From: Candidatus Omnitrophota bacterium
GTDB lineage: Bacteria; Omnitrophota; Omnitrophia; Omnitrophales; Aquincolibacteriaceae
Direction of reading: 5' to 3'
Assembly: GCA_035368605.1 (NCBI GenBank)
Contig: DAOSLF010000012.1
Location: 1-57,181 of the forward strand
DNA length: 57,181 nucleotides
Each line of letters starts with the position of its first letter. Position 1 is the stretch's first letter. Below the pieces are notes generated by a model, which worked only from the letters and a program-made list of their open reading frames with translations, made no database searches and was not told where the DNA came from. Of the stretch, positions 37,852 through 48,848 are shown one piece after another. The position numbers were made by a program, and so were the translations under genes.

Positions 37852-40143
37852 ATGACAGAAAAAAAAGAGAAGAAAGAAATGCCCGGGAAAACGGCCAAAC
37901 CCGCCGCGGCAAAAAAAACGGCGGCGAAAAAGGCCGCTTCTCCAAAAGCTCCCAAAACGGCCACGACGGCCGCGGGTGAGAAAAAGAAGGCCCCGCGCTC
38001 GCCCAGGGCGAAGAAAACTGCGGTAAAAGCGGCGGAAGGGGCGGCCACGATTCAGACCGAAAAACCCGAGTCGCAAAGCGTGCCTGTTGCGGCGCCGGTT
38101 GTTGCGAAACCCGCGGAGGCCGTGAAGACGCCGGTTGCGCCTGAAGAGGAAGCCCGTCCCGCTGAAATTAAAAAAGCGACGCCCCCTGCTCCCGCGATCG
38201 CGCATGAAGAGAAGAAAGCCGAAGTGCCGAAAGCCCCTGTTGCCTTGGAAACCCCGAAGGCTCCGGCGCCAGTTGCTCCGAAATCGCAAGCCGTTCCCCC
38301 CGAAAAACCGAAGGCCCAGGCCCCCGAACCCCCGAAAGTGGTTCCGGCACCCGCGCCGAAACCGGAACCCGTGAAGGCCGAACCGCCCAGGATCGAAGTC
38401 CGGTTCCCGATCACGGTGGGCGACCTTGCGCAAAGGATGAACAAAAGGGTCCCGGAGGTCATCAAGACCCTGATGGGACTCGGTATTTTCGCGAACGTCA
38501 ACCAGCTTCTCAATGAGGAGATCGTCTTCGCCCTTGCTGACGCGGTGGGTGTCGAAATCCGGAAGATGGAAGACGAGGTGGTCGAGAAGGTCCAGAAGGC
38601 GGAAGCGGCCGAGGACAAGTCCAGGCTGAAGCTCCGCCCGCCGGTTGTGACGATGATGGGCCATGTCGACCACGGAAAAACGTCGCTGCTGGACGCGATC
38701 CGCAGCACGAACGTCGCGGAGCGGGAAAAGGGTTTCATCACCCAGCATATCGGCGCCTATGGCGTGGATATTCCCGGGAAAGGACATGTCACGTTCCTTG
38801 ATACGCCCGGTCACGAGGCCTTCACGGCGATGCGGGCCCGCGGCGCGAACGTCACGGATATCGTGGTCCTGGTCGTTGCCGGCGATGACGGTGTCATGCC
38901 GCAGACGATCGAAGCGATCCATCACGCCCGCGAGGCGGGATGTCCGATTGTGGTTGCGATCAACAAATGCGACCTTCCGGTCGCGAACCCGCAACAGGTC
39001 ATGGGGGGACTCCAGAAACAGGACCTGATGCCGGAAGAGTGGGGCGGGAAAACGATTTGCATGAAGGTTTCCGCGAAGACCGGTAAAGGCGTCCCCGAGC
39101 TTCTCGATATGCTTCTCCTCCAGGCAGAGGTCATGGAACTGAAGGCGAACCCCGATTGCCCGGCGGTCGGGACAGTGGTCGAAAGTCATCTTTCCAAGGG
39201 AAGCGGTCCGATCGCGACTGTGATCGTCAAGAAGGGTACCCTGCGCACCGGCGATATCGTGGTGGCCGGATCCTACACGGGCAGGGTGCGTGTGATGAAG
39301 AATGACCGCGCCAAGACCGTCCACGAGGCGGGGCCCGCCTACGCGGTGGAATTGAGCGGTTTGAACGGCGTTCCTGACGCCGGTGAGATGTTGTATGCTG
39401 TCGAGGACGAGAAAACGGCGAAGCGGATCACCGAACAACGGATCCTCGAGATCCGGGAACGGCAGATGCGGGGCGTCAGCAAGCACATGTCCCTGGAAAG
39501 CCTGTACTCCAAAATCTCCGAAGGGAGCTTTAAGGAGCTCAAGCTGATCGTGAAAGCGGACGCCCAAGGTTCGGTCGAGGCCCTCACGCAATCGCTGGAA
39601 AAACTCACGACCGAAAAATGCCGTCTCCACGTCATTCATGGCGCGGTCGGCGGGATCAATGAGTCCGATGTCATGTTGGCCGCCGCCTCGGACGCGATCG
39701 TGATCGGATTCCACGTAAAGGCCGATCCCAAGGCCCTCGGCATTGCCGAAAAAGAGGGCGTGGATGTACGTTTTTACGGCATCATCTATGACGCTGTGGA
39801 AAAGATCCGCAAGGCCATGGAAGGTATCCTCGAGCCCGAACTCGAGGAGGTCATCGAAGGCAAGGCGCAGATCCGGCAGATCTTCACGTCCTCCAAGGTC
39901 GGCACGATCGGCGGTGCCCGGGTGATCAAGGGCCGGCTGGTCCGCCATCATGGTGTCCGGGTCGTCCGCAATAACGTCGTTGTCTTTGACGGCCGGGTCT
40001 CCGCGCTCAAACATTTCAAGGATGACGTCAAAGAGGTCGCGGAAGGCCACGAGTGCGGTATTTCGCTCGTGGGTTTCAACGACCTTCGCGAAGGCGACAT
40101 CATCGAGTCGTACCGCGTCGACAAGATCGCCGCGACGCTCTGA
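37852..40143 (+). CDS. infB: translation initiation factor IF-2
   Basis: Ala/Lys/Pro-rich N-terminal region, then the G domain '[20 protein letters not shown]', 'DTPGHEAF' and 'NKCD'. The ATG is 1 nt after the nusA stop. Confidence 0.95.
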   Translation: MTEKKEKKEMPGKTAKPAAAKKTAAKKAASPKAPKTATTAAGEKKKAPRSPRAKKTAVKAAEGAATIQTEKPESQSVPVAAPVVAKPAEAVKTPVAPEEEARPAEIKKATPPAPAIAHEEKKAEVPKAPVALETPKAPAPVAPKSQAVPPEKPKAQAPEPPKVVPAPAPKPEPVKAEPPRIEVRFPITVGDLAQRMNKRVPEVIKTLMGLGIFANVNQLLNEEIVFALADAVGVEIRKMEDEVVEKVQKAEAAEDKSRLKLRPPVVTMMGHVDHGKTSLLDAIRSTNVAEREKGFITQHIGAYGVDIPGKGHVTFLDTPGHEAFTAMRARGANVTDIVVLVVAGDDGVMPQTIEAIHHAREAGCPIVVAINKCDLPVANPQQVMGGLQKQDLMPEEWGGKTICMKVSAKTGKGVPELLDMLLLQAEVMELKANPDCPAVGTVVESHLSKGSGPIATVIVKKGTLRTGDIVVAGSYTGRVRVMKNDRAKTVHEAGPAYAVELSGLNGVPDAGEMLYAVEDEKTAKRITEQRILEIRERQMRGVSKHMSLESLYSKISEGSFKELKLIVKADAQGSVEALTQSLEKLTTEKCRLHVIHGAVGGINESDVMLAAASDAIVIGFHVKADPKALGIAEKEGVDVRFYGIIYDAVEKIRKAMEGILEPELEEVIEGKAQIRQIFTSSKVGTIGGARVIKGRLVRHHGVRVVRNNVVVFDGRVSALKHFKDDVKEVAEGHECGISLVGFNDLREGDIIESYRVDKIAATL

Positions 40144-40165
40144 TCCGGAAAAAACAGGTCCTACC

Positions 40166-40522
40166 ATGCAGGGAAAACGAACAGAACGCGTCGGCTCTCT
40201 TCTCCAGATGGAACTCGGCAAGCTCATCCTCGAGCGCGTCAAGGACCCCCGCCTCGGTTTCGTGACTCTGACGCACGTGAAGGTAACGGCCGATCTTAAA
40301 TCCGCCGTCGTGTTCTTCACCGTGATGGGGGATGCCGCCAAGAGGAAAGATTCCCTCGATGTCCTGCGCCGCGCCGCCGGATTTCTCCAGCGGGAGGTCG
40401 GGAAGACCCTCACAATGCGTTACACCCCGCATCTTCAGTTCGAGCTCGATGATATGGTCGACAAAAGTTTCGAGATCGAAGCGCTCATCAGGAAGATCGA
40501 GAACCCTCCCACCGGACAGTAG
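40166..40522 (+). CDS. rbfA: ribosome-binding factor A
   Basis: 'RTERVGSLLQMELGKLI...KDPRLGFVTLTHVKVTADLKSAVVFF'. Confidence 0.92.
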   Translation: MQGKRTERVGSLLQMELGKLILERVKDPRLGFVTLTHVKVTADLKSAVVFFTVMGDAAKRKDSLDVLRRAAGFLQREVGKTLTMRYTPHLQFELDDMVDKSFEIEALIRKIENPPTGQ

Positions 40523-40525
40523 CTT

Positions 40526-41263
40526 ATGCCTATCCGACCGGAATTCGTTGACGGGGTCCTGCTTGCGGACAAGCCCGAGACGTGGACGTCCCATGATGTC
40601 TGTGCCTTCATCCGCAAACGTTTCAGGTTCAGGAAAGTCGGTCATGCCGGCACGCTCGATCCGCTTGCCACGGGCCTTCTTGTCATCCTGATCGGGAAGG
40701 CCACGAAATATTCGATGGCCCTGAGCGCTTGCGACAAGGAATACTACGGAACGATGGAGCTCGGCGTACAGACGGATTCCCATGACCGGCAGGGGAAGGT
40801 CATCGCCGAAGCGCCCTGGGAACACGTGACGATCGACCTGATCCGCGAAAAGGCCCGGGATTTCACGGGCGAGATCGTCCAGGTTCCTCCGATGGTCTCC
40901 GCGCTCAAGCACGAAGGCACGCGGCTCTACAAACTCGCGCGGCAAGGGAAGACCGTTCCGAGGGAAGGGCGTCGCGTTACGGTTCATAAGTTCCGTTTTG
41001 ATAAAATGGAGGGGCGGTTCGCCGATTTTTCAGCCCATGTTTCAAAAGGCACGTATCTTCGGACCCTCGTCAACGATCTCGGCGAGGTCCTCGGCTGCCA
41101 TGCCTGTCTGGCAAGACTGAGGCGGCTCTGCAGCGGGAATTTTGACATCACGAAAAGCGTGACGATCGATACGCTCCGGACGATGTCCCTCGAAGAGCTT
41201 CTCCCCAAAATGCTTCCGCTTGGCGCGGTGCCGCAATATGCGAACAGTCACCGACCTTCATAA
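40526..41263 (+). CDS. truB: tRNA pseudouridine(55) synthase
   Basis: 'GVLLADKPETWTSHD...VGHAGTLDPLATGLL'. Confidence 0.93.
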   Translation: MPIRPEFVDGVLLADKPETWTSHDVCAFIRKRFRFRKVGHAGTLDPLATGLLVILIGKATKYSMALSACDKEYYGTMELGVQTDSHDRQGKVIAEAPWEHVTIDLIREKARDFTGEIVQVPPMVSALKHEGTRLYKLARQGKTVPREGRRVTVHKFRFDKMEGRFADFSAHVSKGTYLRTLVNDLGEVLGCHACLARLRRLCSGNFDITKSVTIDTLRTMSLEELLPKMLPLGAVPQYANSHRPS

Positions 41264-42245
41264 GTTCAAGGCTGGCCGCGGCAGGCGGCTGGTCCTGGCC
41301 CTCGGGAACTTCGACGGGTTCCACCTCGGGCATCAAAAGCTGATCCGTTATGTGACCACGCAGGCCCGTCGGCACGGCGCGTTAGCCGCGGCGCTGACGT
41401 TCCGTAACCATCCCCAGATCGTACTCCATCCCGAAAAGGAACAAAGGCTCCTTTTTTCGGTCGGGCAGAAACTTTTTTATCTGAAACAGGCGGGGATCGA
41501 CCTTTGTTTTGCGCCGGCCTTCACGAAGGCCTTCTCGAAAATGCCGCCCGAGGTCTTTGTGGAGAAGGTGCTTGTCAGGAAGCTTCGCGTTTTCGAGGTT
41601 TGCATGGGGTATGACGCCCGTTTCGGTTATCGCCGCTGCGGGACGACGGATCTCATGCGCGACCTTGCCGGAAAACACGGTTTCCTGTTCCGGAAGATGG
41701 AGCCGGTCATGATCGGCGGCCGCCCCGTTTCGAGCTCCGGCCTCCGGGAACTTGTTTCGGAGGGAAAGGTCGAAAAAGTGTCCCATTGTCTCGGTCGTCC
41801 GTTCAGCCTTTTCGGGAAAGTGGTCCGCGGGAAGGGCCGTGGGGCCCGTCTGGGCGCTCCGACAGCCAATGTCGAGGTGCACGCGAATATCCAGTTGCCG
41901 GTTGGTGTCTATGTTGCTTCGGCCCGGGTGATCCCGGAGACCCGCTGGTTCCCGGGCGTCCTGAATTACGGGAACCGGCCCACCTATCCTGCCTTTGAAA
42001 CGCCGAACCCTGTCCTTGAGATGCATATGTTTGATTTCAAAAGGAAGGTCTACGGCAAAGAAATGGAAATCGCCTTCCATCATTTTATCAGGCCGGAGAG
42101 GCAGTTCGGATCCGAGGAGGCGCTGAAAGTGAGGATTCAAAGGGATATCGAGACGGCAAAACGATGGCATCTGGGACATGTTTTGGGCAAGAAGCCCTTT
42201 ACAAACTGTGGGGGCCAGGGTATACTCCCGCAACCTCAGAGATGA
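41238..42245 (+). CDS. ribF: bifunctional riboflavin kinase / FAD synthetase
   Basis: 'ALGNFDGFHLGHQKL' and the C-terminal kinase 'GKVVRGKGRGARLGAPTAN...EMHMFDF'. Start is ATG 41238 (or TTG 41220). Confidence 0.92.
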   Translation: MRTVTDLHKFKAGRGRRLVLALGNFDGFHLGHQKLIRYVTTQARRHGALAAALTFRNHPQIVLHPEKEQRLLFSVGQKLFYLKQAGIDLCFAPAFTKAFSKMPPEVFVEKVLVRKLRVFEVCMGYDARFGYRRCGTTDLMRDLAGKHGFLFRKMEPVMIGGRPVSSSGLRELVSEGKVEKVSHCLGRPFSLFGKVVRGKGRGARLGAPTANVEVHANIQLPVGVYVASARVIPETRWFPGVLNYGNRPTYPAFETPNPVLEMHMFDFKRKVYGKEMEIAFHHFIRPERQFGSEEALKVRIQRDIETAKRWHLGHVLGKKPFTNCGGQGILPQPQR

Positions 42246-42290
42246 GAAAAACGACATAACTGACAGAGAGAGAAGGAGTTACAGAGACGC

Positions 42291-42560
42291 ATGGCATTAG
42301 CAAAGACGAAGAAGAAAGAGATCATTTCCAGGAACAAGAAGACGAAGAACGACACCGGGTCCTCCGAAGTCCAGATCGCTCTTCTCACCGAGCGCATCAA
42401 CGGGCTTTCCCCTCATTTTGGAAAACACGTCAAGGACCATCATTCCCGCTACGGTCTTATCAAGATGGTCAGCCGCCGCAAAAGGCTGCTCGCCTATCTG
42501 AAGCGTGAAGATCCGGAAAAATACCAGAAGCTGATCGCCAGTCTGGACCTCAGGAAGTAA
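42291..42560 (+). CDS. rpsO: 30S ribosomal protein S15
   Basis: 89 aa. '[50 protein letters not shown]'. AAGGAG RBS. Confidence 0.96.
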   Translation: MALAKTKKKEIISRNKKTKNDTGSSEVQIALLTERINGLSPHFGKHVKDHHSRYGLIKMVSRRKRLLAYLKREDPEKYQKLIASLDLRK

Positions 42561-42619
42561 TTTCCTGTTTTTTTCCGGCTTTCCCGTAATTCATCCAAAA
42601 TCGAGAGGGGATCATTCCC

Positions 42620-44821
42620 ATGTTCAATATCAGCAGAGTCAGCTCTAATATCGGCGGCAAGGACATCATTATCGAGACGGGCCATATGGCCCGTCAGGCC
42701 CACGGCGCCGTCACCGTTCAGTGCGGCGGGACCGTCGTGTTCGTGGCCGTGGTAGCCGGGGCCGAATCGGACCAAATCCGCGATTTTTTTCCGCTCACGG
42801 TCGATTACCGCGAACGCACCTATGCCGCCGGCAAGATTCCGGGCGGTTACTTCAAACGCGAGAGCAAACCCACCGAGAAAGAGACCCTGACGTCGCGCCT
42901 GATCGACCGGCCGATCCGTCCGCTCTTTCCGGAAGGATACCAGACCGAAGTCCAGATCAGCGCGATCACACTCTCGTTTGACGGTGAGAATCCGACCGAG
43001 ATTCTCGCGATGATCGGCGCTTCCGCGGCCCTTCTCATTTCGGATATCCCGTATACCGTGCCGCTTAGCGCGGTCCGCGTCGGGATGATCGATGGCAAGC
43101 TCATCATCAATCCCACGCAGCAGGAGCTCGATAAGGGTGACCTCGACCTCGTGATCGCGGGAACGCCCGAGAAGGTCGTCATGATCGAAGCGGGCTCGAA
43201 AGAGATCTCCGAAGAGAAAATGTTCGAGGCGATCAAATTCGGGCATGAGGCGATCAAGCAGACGGCGCAACTTCAGCTTGAGCTCATGAAAAAGGCCGGC
43301 AAACCCAAAAAGGCCGTGAAGACGCTCGACATCCCGGCGGAGATCACGCAGAAGGTGAACGAGGTCGCCGCGGACGAATTCCAGAAGGCGTTTGGGCTCA
43401 AGACGAAAGAAGAGCAGGAAGGTTTTTTCAAACAGCTTTACGAAAAGGTAATGGCCCAGATCGACACGAAGGCTGAAGGGTTCAACGAAATCTACGTGAA
43501 GATTGCCTTCTCGCGTCTTGAGCACCAGAAGGTCCGCGAGTACATGCTCGCGACCGGGAAGCGGGCGGATGGCCGCGGCGAGCGGGACATCCGTCAGATC
43601 AAGTGCGAAGCGGGCATGCTGCCCCGCACGCACGGGTCCTCGCTTTTCACGCGCGGTCAGACCCAGAGCCTGAGCGTTGTGACGCTCGGCACGGGCGATG
43701 ACGAGCAGCGGATCGACGCCCTCGAAGGCGAGCAGACCAGGCGCTTCATGCTTCACTACAATTTCCCGTCCTACAGCGTCGGCGAATGCAAGCCGAACCG
43801 CGGTCCCGGACGGCGCGAGATCGGACACGGTGCCCTGGCGGCCCGCGCGCTCGAACCCGTGATCCCCTTTGATGAGAGTTTCCCTTATACGGTGCGTCTT
43901 GTGTCCGAGATCATGGAATCGAACGGTTCCAGCTCGATGGCGACCGTCTGCGGCGGAACACTCGCGTTGATGGATGCCGGCGTGCCGATCAAGGCGCCGG
44001 TGGCCGGCATCGCGATCGGCCTCGTAACGGACAAGAACCGCTGGAAGGTCCTGACTGACATCGCGGGGATCGAAGACCATCTTGGCGATATGGATTTCAA
44101 GGCAGCCGGGACCCGCAAGGGTCTCACCGCGCTCCAGATGGACCTCAAGATCGACGGTATCACGGACGAGATTCTGAAAGAGGCTTTTGATCACGCGAAG
44201 CAGGGCCGCTTCAAGATCCTCGACATGATCCAGGCGACGATCAGCGCTCCGAAGGAGCTTTCGATGTTCGCGCCGCGTATCACGACGCTCCGCATCAACC
44301 CCGAGAAGATCGGCGCGTTGATCGGACCCGGCGGCAAAAATATCCGGAAGATCGTCGAAGAGACCGGCGCCAAGATCGATATCGAGGATGATGGGCGCGT
44401 GTTCGTTGCCGCGGTGGACGGTGCGGTGTCGGCGGCCGCGATCGCCCGTATCCAGGGCTGCACGGCGGAAGCCGAGGTCGGTAAAATTTACGAGAACGCC
44501 ACGGTGCAGAAACTTATGCCGTTTGGCGCGTTCTGCGAGATCCTTCCGGACCTGGACGGTCTCTGCCATGTGTCGGAGATCGCGGACGGGTTCGTGAAGA
44601 GTCCCGGTGATTACATGCGCGTCGGCGACAAGGTCACCGTGAAAGTGCTCAGCGTCGACGAACGCGGCAAGATCTCCCTCAGTATCAAGGCGGCGGTCCC
44701 GGGCGGGCTTCCGATCCTTCCCGAGGATCAGCGCGTCGTGGTGGAGGCGGATGACAGGCCTCCGCGCCGCGGCGGGCGGGATCGCGACCGCGGTGGACGC
44801 GGTGGACGCGATCACCGGTAA
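42620..44821 (+). CDS. pnp: polyribonucleotide nucleotidyltransferase (PNPase) with an Arg/Gly/Asp-rich C-terminal tail
   Basis: Two RNase PH domains plus KH and S1 domains. 'FPLTVDYRERTYAAGKIPGGYFKRE' and 'GSSSMATVCGGTLALMDAGVP'. The tail is 'RPPRRGGRDRDRGGRGGRDHR'. Confidence 0.96.
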   Translation: MFNISRVSSNIGGKDIIIETGHMARQAHGAVTVQCGGTVVFVAVVAGAESDQIRDFFPLTVDYRERTYAAGKIPGGYFKRESKPTEKETLTSRLIDRPIRPLFPEGYQTEVQISAITLSFDGENPTEILAMIGASAALLISDIPYTVPLSAVRVGMIDGKLIINPTQQELDKGDLDLVIAGTPEKVVMIEAGSKEISEEKMFEAIKFGHEAIKQTAQLQLELMKKAGKPKKAVKTLDIPAEITQKVNEVAADEFQKAFGLKTKEEQEGFFKQLYEKVMAQIDTKAEGFNEIYVKIAFSRLEHQKVREYMLATGKRADGRGERDIRQIKCEAGMLPRTHGSSLFTRGQTQSLSVVTLGTGDDEQRIDALEGEQTRRFMLHYNFPSYSVGECKPNRGPGRREIGHGALAARALEPVIPFDESFPYTVRLVSEIMESNGSSSMATVCGGTLALMDAGVPIKAPVAGIAIGLVTDKNRWKVLTDIAGIEDHLGDMDFKAAGTRKGLTALQMDLKIDGITDEILKEAFDHAKQGRFKILDMIQATISAPKELSMFAPRITTLRINPEKIGALIGPGGKNIRKIVEETGAKIDIEDDGRVFVAAVDGAVSAAAIARIQGCTAEAEVGKIYENATVQKLMPFGAFCEILPDLDGLCHVSEIADGFVKSPGDYMRVGDKVTVKVLSVDERGKISLSIKAAVPGGLPILPEDQRVVVEADDRPPRRGGRDRDRGGRGGRDHR

Positions 44822-44839
44822 GGGAGCGAACATTTGAGC

Positions 44840-44880
44840 GGGGCAGGAGCCGGCAGAACGGCGCCTGCCCCCTCTTTTTT
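44840..44880 (+). terminator. intrinsic terminator after pnp
   Basis: 12-bp stem (one mismatch) ggggcaggagccg / cggcgcctgcccc, followed by ctctttttt. The T-run ends 2 nt before the dut ATG. Confidence 0.8.
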
Positions 44881-44882
44881 AT

Positions 44883-45332
44883 ATGAATACCGTTAAATTT
44901 CAGATTAAAGCACTTCCGCATTTTGAGGGGCTGGAACTGCCCCGGTATCAGACGGACGGCTCCAGCGGAATGGATCTTCTTGCCGCATGCCGGGCCGATG
45001 TGGTCCTCAAGCCGGGGGAGCGCAAGCTTGTCCCGACCGGCCTTGTAATCAGCCTCCCTCCGCATACCGAGGCCCAGATCCGTCCGAGGAGCGGCCTTGC
45101 GATCAAGCACGGCATCACTCTTCTCAATACCCCCGGCACGATTGACGCCGACTACCGCGGCGAGATCCAGATCATCCTGGTCAATCTCGGCCGGGAGCCG
45201 TTCACAGTCACGCGCGGTATGCGCATCGCGCAGATGGTGATCGCGCGTGTGGTAAAGGCGAAGCTCGAGGTGGCCGATAACCTGGACGAGACCCGCCGGG
45301 GCGCCGGCGGGTTCGGCCATACCGGCCAATGA
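44883..45332 (+). CDS. dut: dUTP diphosphatase
   Basis: '[16 protein letters not shown]', '[12 protein letters not shown]', '[11 protein letters not shown]' and '[10 protein letters not shown]'. Confidence 0.95.
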   Translation: MNTVKFQIKALPHFEGLELPRYQTDGSSGMDLLAACRADVVLKPGERKLVPTGLVISLPPHTEAQIRPRSGLAIKHGITLLNTPGTIDADYRGEIQIILVNLGREPFTVTRGMRIAQMVIARVVKAKLEVADNLDETRRGAGGFGHTGQ

Positions 45333-45438
45333 ACCTGGCGTACAGCGTAAAACGCCGGGCGTTCGTTGCCGTTTTGAATCCGGCTGTTTGTCCTTATTAT
45401 TCTTTACGCTGGCCGCCTGGCTCTAACCGCTGAAAGTC

Positions 45439-47817
45439 ATGAAAAAAGAACGAATCAACGAGATCTGGGGTGTTTTTTTTCTCCTGCTGGGCCTGTTCAC
45501 GTTCGGGGCGCTTTTTTTCTTCCATCATGAGGATATCGCTTACTACACCTCGCAACCCGCCATCCCCGTCCGGAATTACACCGGTGTGATCGGGGCATAC
45601 GTCGCCTTCGGTCTTTCTCTCGTGTTCGGCTACAGCGCCTTCGTGATTCCGATAGTGTTCCTCCTGTGGGCCGAGTGCTTTTTCCTCCAGAAGGTCCCGG
45701 AACGAAAACTTTTTAAATTCGTCGGACTCGGCATTGCGCTGTTCTCGCTTGCGACCATCGTGACGATCACCGTTCCCCCGGAATCCCGCTTCACGGCGGG
45801 CGGGGCGTTCGGCTACGTGGCAGGGAACCATCTCGTGAAGCTTTTCGGGAGGCTCGGCAGTTACATCATGGCCGGCGCCGCACTCCTTCTTTCGGTCCTG
45901 CTCGCGACGGACTTTCTGATCTATCCGATCTTTAAGGGTTTTGTCGAGCGTGTCCGCGCGATCATGAAGAAAATACCGAAAAAGGTCGCGAAGGCCCAGA
46001 AAGAAGCCGGGAAACTGGCCGCCTCCCTGAACCGTCCGGAGTCGAAGAAATCGGAAAAGGAAAAAGCGAGGGAAAGGGAAAAACCGGAGGTCAAACTGCC
46101 TCCGGAATTCTCGAATCCGACCAAGATCAGGAAGTACCAGCCGATGTCTGAGGATGCGGCCAAAAAGGCGAAGGACGAACGGCCGGAGCCTGCAAGGGAA
46201 GAAACGAAAAAGAAGCCGGCGGCACCGCAGGTCGTGTCTGCCGGAGAAACGAAGCCCGCCTCGGAAAGTGATGACTCGTTCAAGGGCGTGATCGGGTCGA
46301 TCGCGTCCGACCGGCCTTATGAATTTCCGCCGACCGACCTTTTGAGGATGCCGAAGGCCGAAAAGATCGAAGGGGACGACCTCGCCGCAAACTCGAAAGC
46401 TATCGAAGAGACACTGAAAGAATTTGATATCGACGTGAAGGTTGTCGAAGTGGAGCAAGGGCCGAAGATCACGCTTTACGAGGTTCTTCCGGCGCCGGGG
46501 GTCCGCGCGAACTCGATCTCGGCCTACGAGGACGACCTCGCGATGGCGCTCAAGGCGACGAGCATCCGTCTGATCATCCCGATTCCCGGTAAACAGACGA
46601 TCGGGATCGAGGTGCCGAACGCCGTTTCGAGGCCCATCGTGATCCGGGAAATGATCGAAGCGCCCGATTTTAAATCGAGCAGTCAGAAACTGCCGCTTCT
46701 CCTCGGGAAGGACACGGCGGGCAAACCGATGATCGCCGACCTTGCCTCGATGCCGCATATCCTGATCGCCGGGACGACGGGCAGCGGCAAGACCGTCTGC
46801 ATCAACTCGGTCATCGCGGGCTTCCTGTACCATTGCACACCGTCCCAGCTCAAACTGGTGATGGTTGACCCGAAGATGGTCGAGCTCGCGGTGTACAACA
46901 AGATTCCGCACATGCTCTCGCCGGTCGTGACGGATGTCCGCAAGGCCGCGAACACCCTGAACTGGGTGGTCCAGGAGATGGAGCGGCGCTATCGTCTGTT
47001 CGCGGCGGTCGGCGTCCGGAACATCCAGACCTTCAACGAACGCGAGATCTCCGAAGAGGACAAAAAGCAGCTTGCGGAGGCGCCCAAGGATTCCGAGAAC
47101 GTGGTTCCCGCGTCGCTTCCCTATATCGTGGTTATCATCGACGAGCTTGCCGACCTCATGCTGGTCGCTCAGGACAAGGTCGAGACGGCGATCACGCGCC
47201 TTGCGCAGCTTTCCCGCGCGGTCGGCATCCATCTGATCCTCGCGACGCAGCGTCCCTCCGTGGATGTCATCACCGGCGTGATCAAGGCTAATTTTCCGGC
47301 CCGCGTCGCGTTCAAGGTCGCCTCCGTCGTGGATTCACGGACCATCCTCGACAACAAGGGGGCCGACAAACTTCTCGGTCGCGGAGACATGCTCTTCATC
47401 CAGCCCGGCAGTGACAATATGATCCGCGGCCAGGCGCCGCTCATCGTGGACGATGAAATCAACAGGATCGTCGGTTTTGTCTCGAAGCAGGGACAACCCG
47501 AATACCATAGCGAGATACAGGCCGCCCAGAACGGCACCACCAATGCCGCGACCGGCGGCGAGAAGGACGAGCTTTTTGATGAGGCGAAGCGGATCGTTCT
47601 GACCAGTCGCACGGCCTCGACTTCCTATCTCCAGCGCCGTCTCGGACTGGGATATACACGCGCCGCGCGGATTATCGATCAGCTGGAAGACGCCGGTGTG
47701 ATCGGTCCCCAGCAGGGAGCAAAGCCGCGCGAGATCCTGATGCCGAACCCTGTGGGGGATTACGCGGAAGCCGTGCCGGCGGAAGAACAGGAAGCCGGGA
47801 CCGAAGACGACCGGTGA
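45439..47817 (+). CDS. ftsK: DNA translocase FtsK
   Basis: N-terminal 4 TM, a Lys/Glu/Pro linker, the motor 'HILIAGTTGSGKTVCIN' and 'VVIIDELADLM', and a C-terminal gamma winged helix 'STSYLQRRLGLGYTRAARIIDQLE'. Confidence 0.95.
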   Translation: MKKERINEIWGVFFLLLGLFTFGALFFFHHEDIAYYTSQPAIPVRNYTGVIGAYVAFGLSLVFGYSAFVIPIVFLLWAECFFLQKVPERKLFKFVGLGIALFSLATIVTITVPPESRFTAGGAFGYVAGNHLVKLFGRLGSYIMAGAALLLSVLLATDFLIYPIFKGFVERVRAIMKKIPKKVAKAQKEAGKLAASLNRPESKKSEKEKAREREKPEVKLPPEFSNPTKIRKYQPMSEDAAKKAKDERPEPAREETKKKPAAPQVVSAGETKPASESDDSFKGVIGSIASDRPYEFPPTDLLRMPKAEKIEGDDLAANSKAIEETLKEFDIDVKVVEVEQGPKITLYEVLPAPGVRANSISAYEDDLAMALKATSIRLIIPIPGKQTIGIEVPNAVSRPIVIREMIEAPDFKSSSQKLPLLLGKDTAGKPMIADLASMPHILIAGTTGSGKTVCINSVIAGFLYHCTPSQLKLVMVDPKMVELAVYNKIPHMLSPVVTDVRKAANTLNWVVQEMERRYRLFAAVGVRNIQTFNEREISEEDKKQLAEAPKDSENVVPASLPYIVVIIDELADLMLVAQDKVETAITRLAQLSRAVGIHLILATQRPSVDVITGVIKANFPARVAFKVASVVDSRTILDNKGADKLLGRGDMLFIQPGSDNMIRGQAPLIVDDEINRIVGFVSKQGQPEYHSEIQAAQNGTTNAATGGEKDELFDEAKRIVLTSRTASTSYLQRRLGLGYTRAARIIDQLEDAGVIGPQQGAKPREILMPNPVGDYAEAVPAEEQEAGTEDDR

Positions 47818-47879
47818 GTCCCGGACGGGCTGCCAAGAAACTGTTTAAGAAATCCCTTCCGGGCCCTATAATAACCCCC

Positions 47880-48185
47880 ATGATCACTGACGAACTCCTG
47901 ACCATCCTTTGCTGTCCCGAGACCCAACAGCCACTGACACCGGTCGATCCAATACTCATCACGAAAGTCAACGGCGCGATCGCGAAAGGCACTCTTCGGA
48001 CGCGCGGCGGACAGAAGGTCACGCGGCCGATAGACGGCGGTCTTGTGCGCGACGACCGCCGGTATCTCTATGCCGTCCGTCAGGGCATCCCCGTGATGTT
48101 GAGGGAAGAATCGATCTCTCTTTCGAACCTTGAAAGCTCCGGAAACAGGACCCGTGACACCGAAACACCGATCTCATATACGTAA
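47880..48185 (+). CDS. Trm112/UPF0434 family protein
   Basis: 'LLTILCCPETQQPLT...YLYAVRQGIPVML'. Start at MITDELL (the track starts at 47814). Confidence 0.8.
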   Translation: MITDELLTILCCPETQQPLTPVDPILITKVNGAIAKGTLRTRGGQKVTRPIDGGLVRDDRRYLYAVRQGIPVMLREESISLSNLESSGNRTRDTETPISYT

Positions 48186-48197
48186 ACGGAATTTCCG

Positions 48198-48836
48198 ATG
48201 TCTGACCCCATCGATATCAGCGCCTTGAAGATTCCGGGGTTCCTTCACCCGCAAAAAAAGGTTCTCCTGCACGTTTGCTGCGCGCCCTGTTGCGCGTCGA
48301 TCCTCCATCGGATGCTTGCGGTCGGTCTTGAGCCGACGGTCTTTTTTTACAATCCGAACATCTACCCGCGCGAGGAATACAACCTTCGCAAGAACGAAGT
48401 GATCCATTATGCCGGAAAACGCGGTATACCCTTCATTGACAGGGACGGGGACGGGGGACTCTGGTTCGAAACGGTCAAAGGTCATGAACTGGAGCCCGAA
48501 CGCGGGGAGCGGTGCGGCCTTTGTTTTGACATGAGGCTCGGGAAATCCGCCGCTTATGCTTCGGAGAACGGGTTCCGTGTTTTCACCTCAAGTCTCGGGA
48601 TCTCGCGATGGAAAGATTTTGACCAGGTGACTCGCGCGGGTCTGAGGGCGGCTGCGGCCTTTCCCGGCCTCGCTTACTGGGACATGAACTGGAGAAAGGA
48701 CGGCGGGTCCGGGATGATGAGCCGGCTCGCGGCTGAAGAAGGATTCTACCGGCAGAACTACTGCGGATGCCTTTATTCCCTCCGGAACCGGACGGAACAA
48801 AAAAGGCCCCTCCGCGAAAACCGCGGAGAGGCCTGA
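48198..48836 (+). CDS. queH: epoxyqueuosine reductase QueH (DUF208)
   Basis: 'LLHVCCAPCC', 'FFYNPNIYPREEY', 'RCGLCFDMRL' and 'YRQNYCGCLYS'. Confidence 0.9.
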   Translation: MSDPIDISALKIPGFLHPQKKVLLHVCCAPCCASILHRMLAVGLEPTVFFYNPNIYPREEYNLRKNEVIHYAGKRGIPFIDRDGDGGLWFETVKGHELEPERGERCGLCFDMRLGKSAAYASENGFRVFTSSLGISRWKDFDQVTRAGLRAAAAFPGLAYWDMNWRKDGGSGMMSRLAAEEGFYRQNYCGCLYSLRNRTEQKRPLRENRGEA

Positions 48837-48848
48837 GTCGGACCGTTC

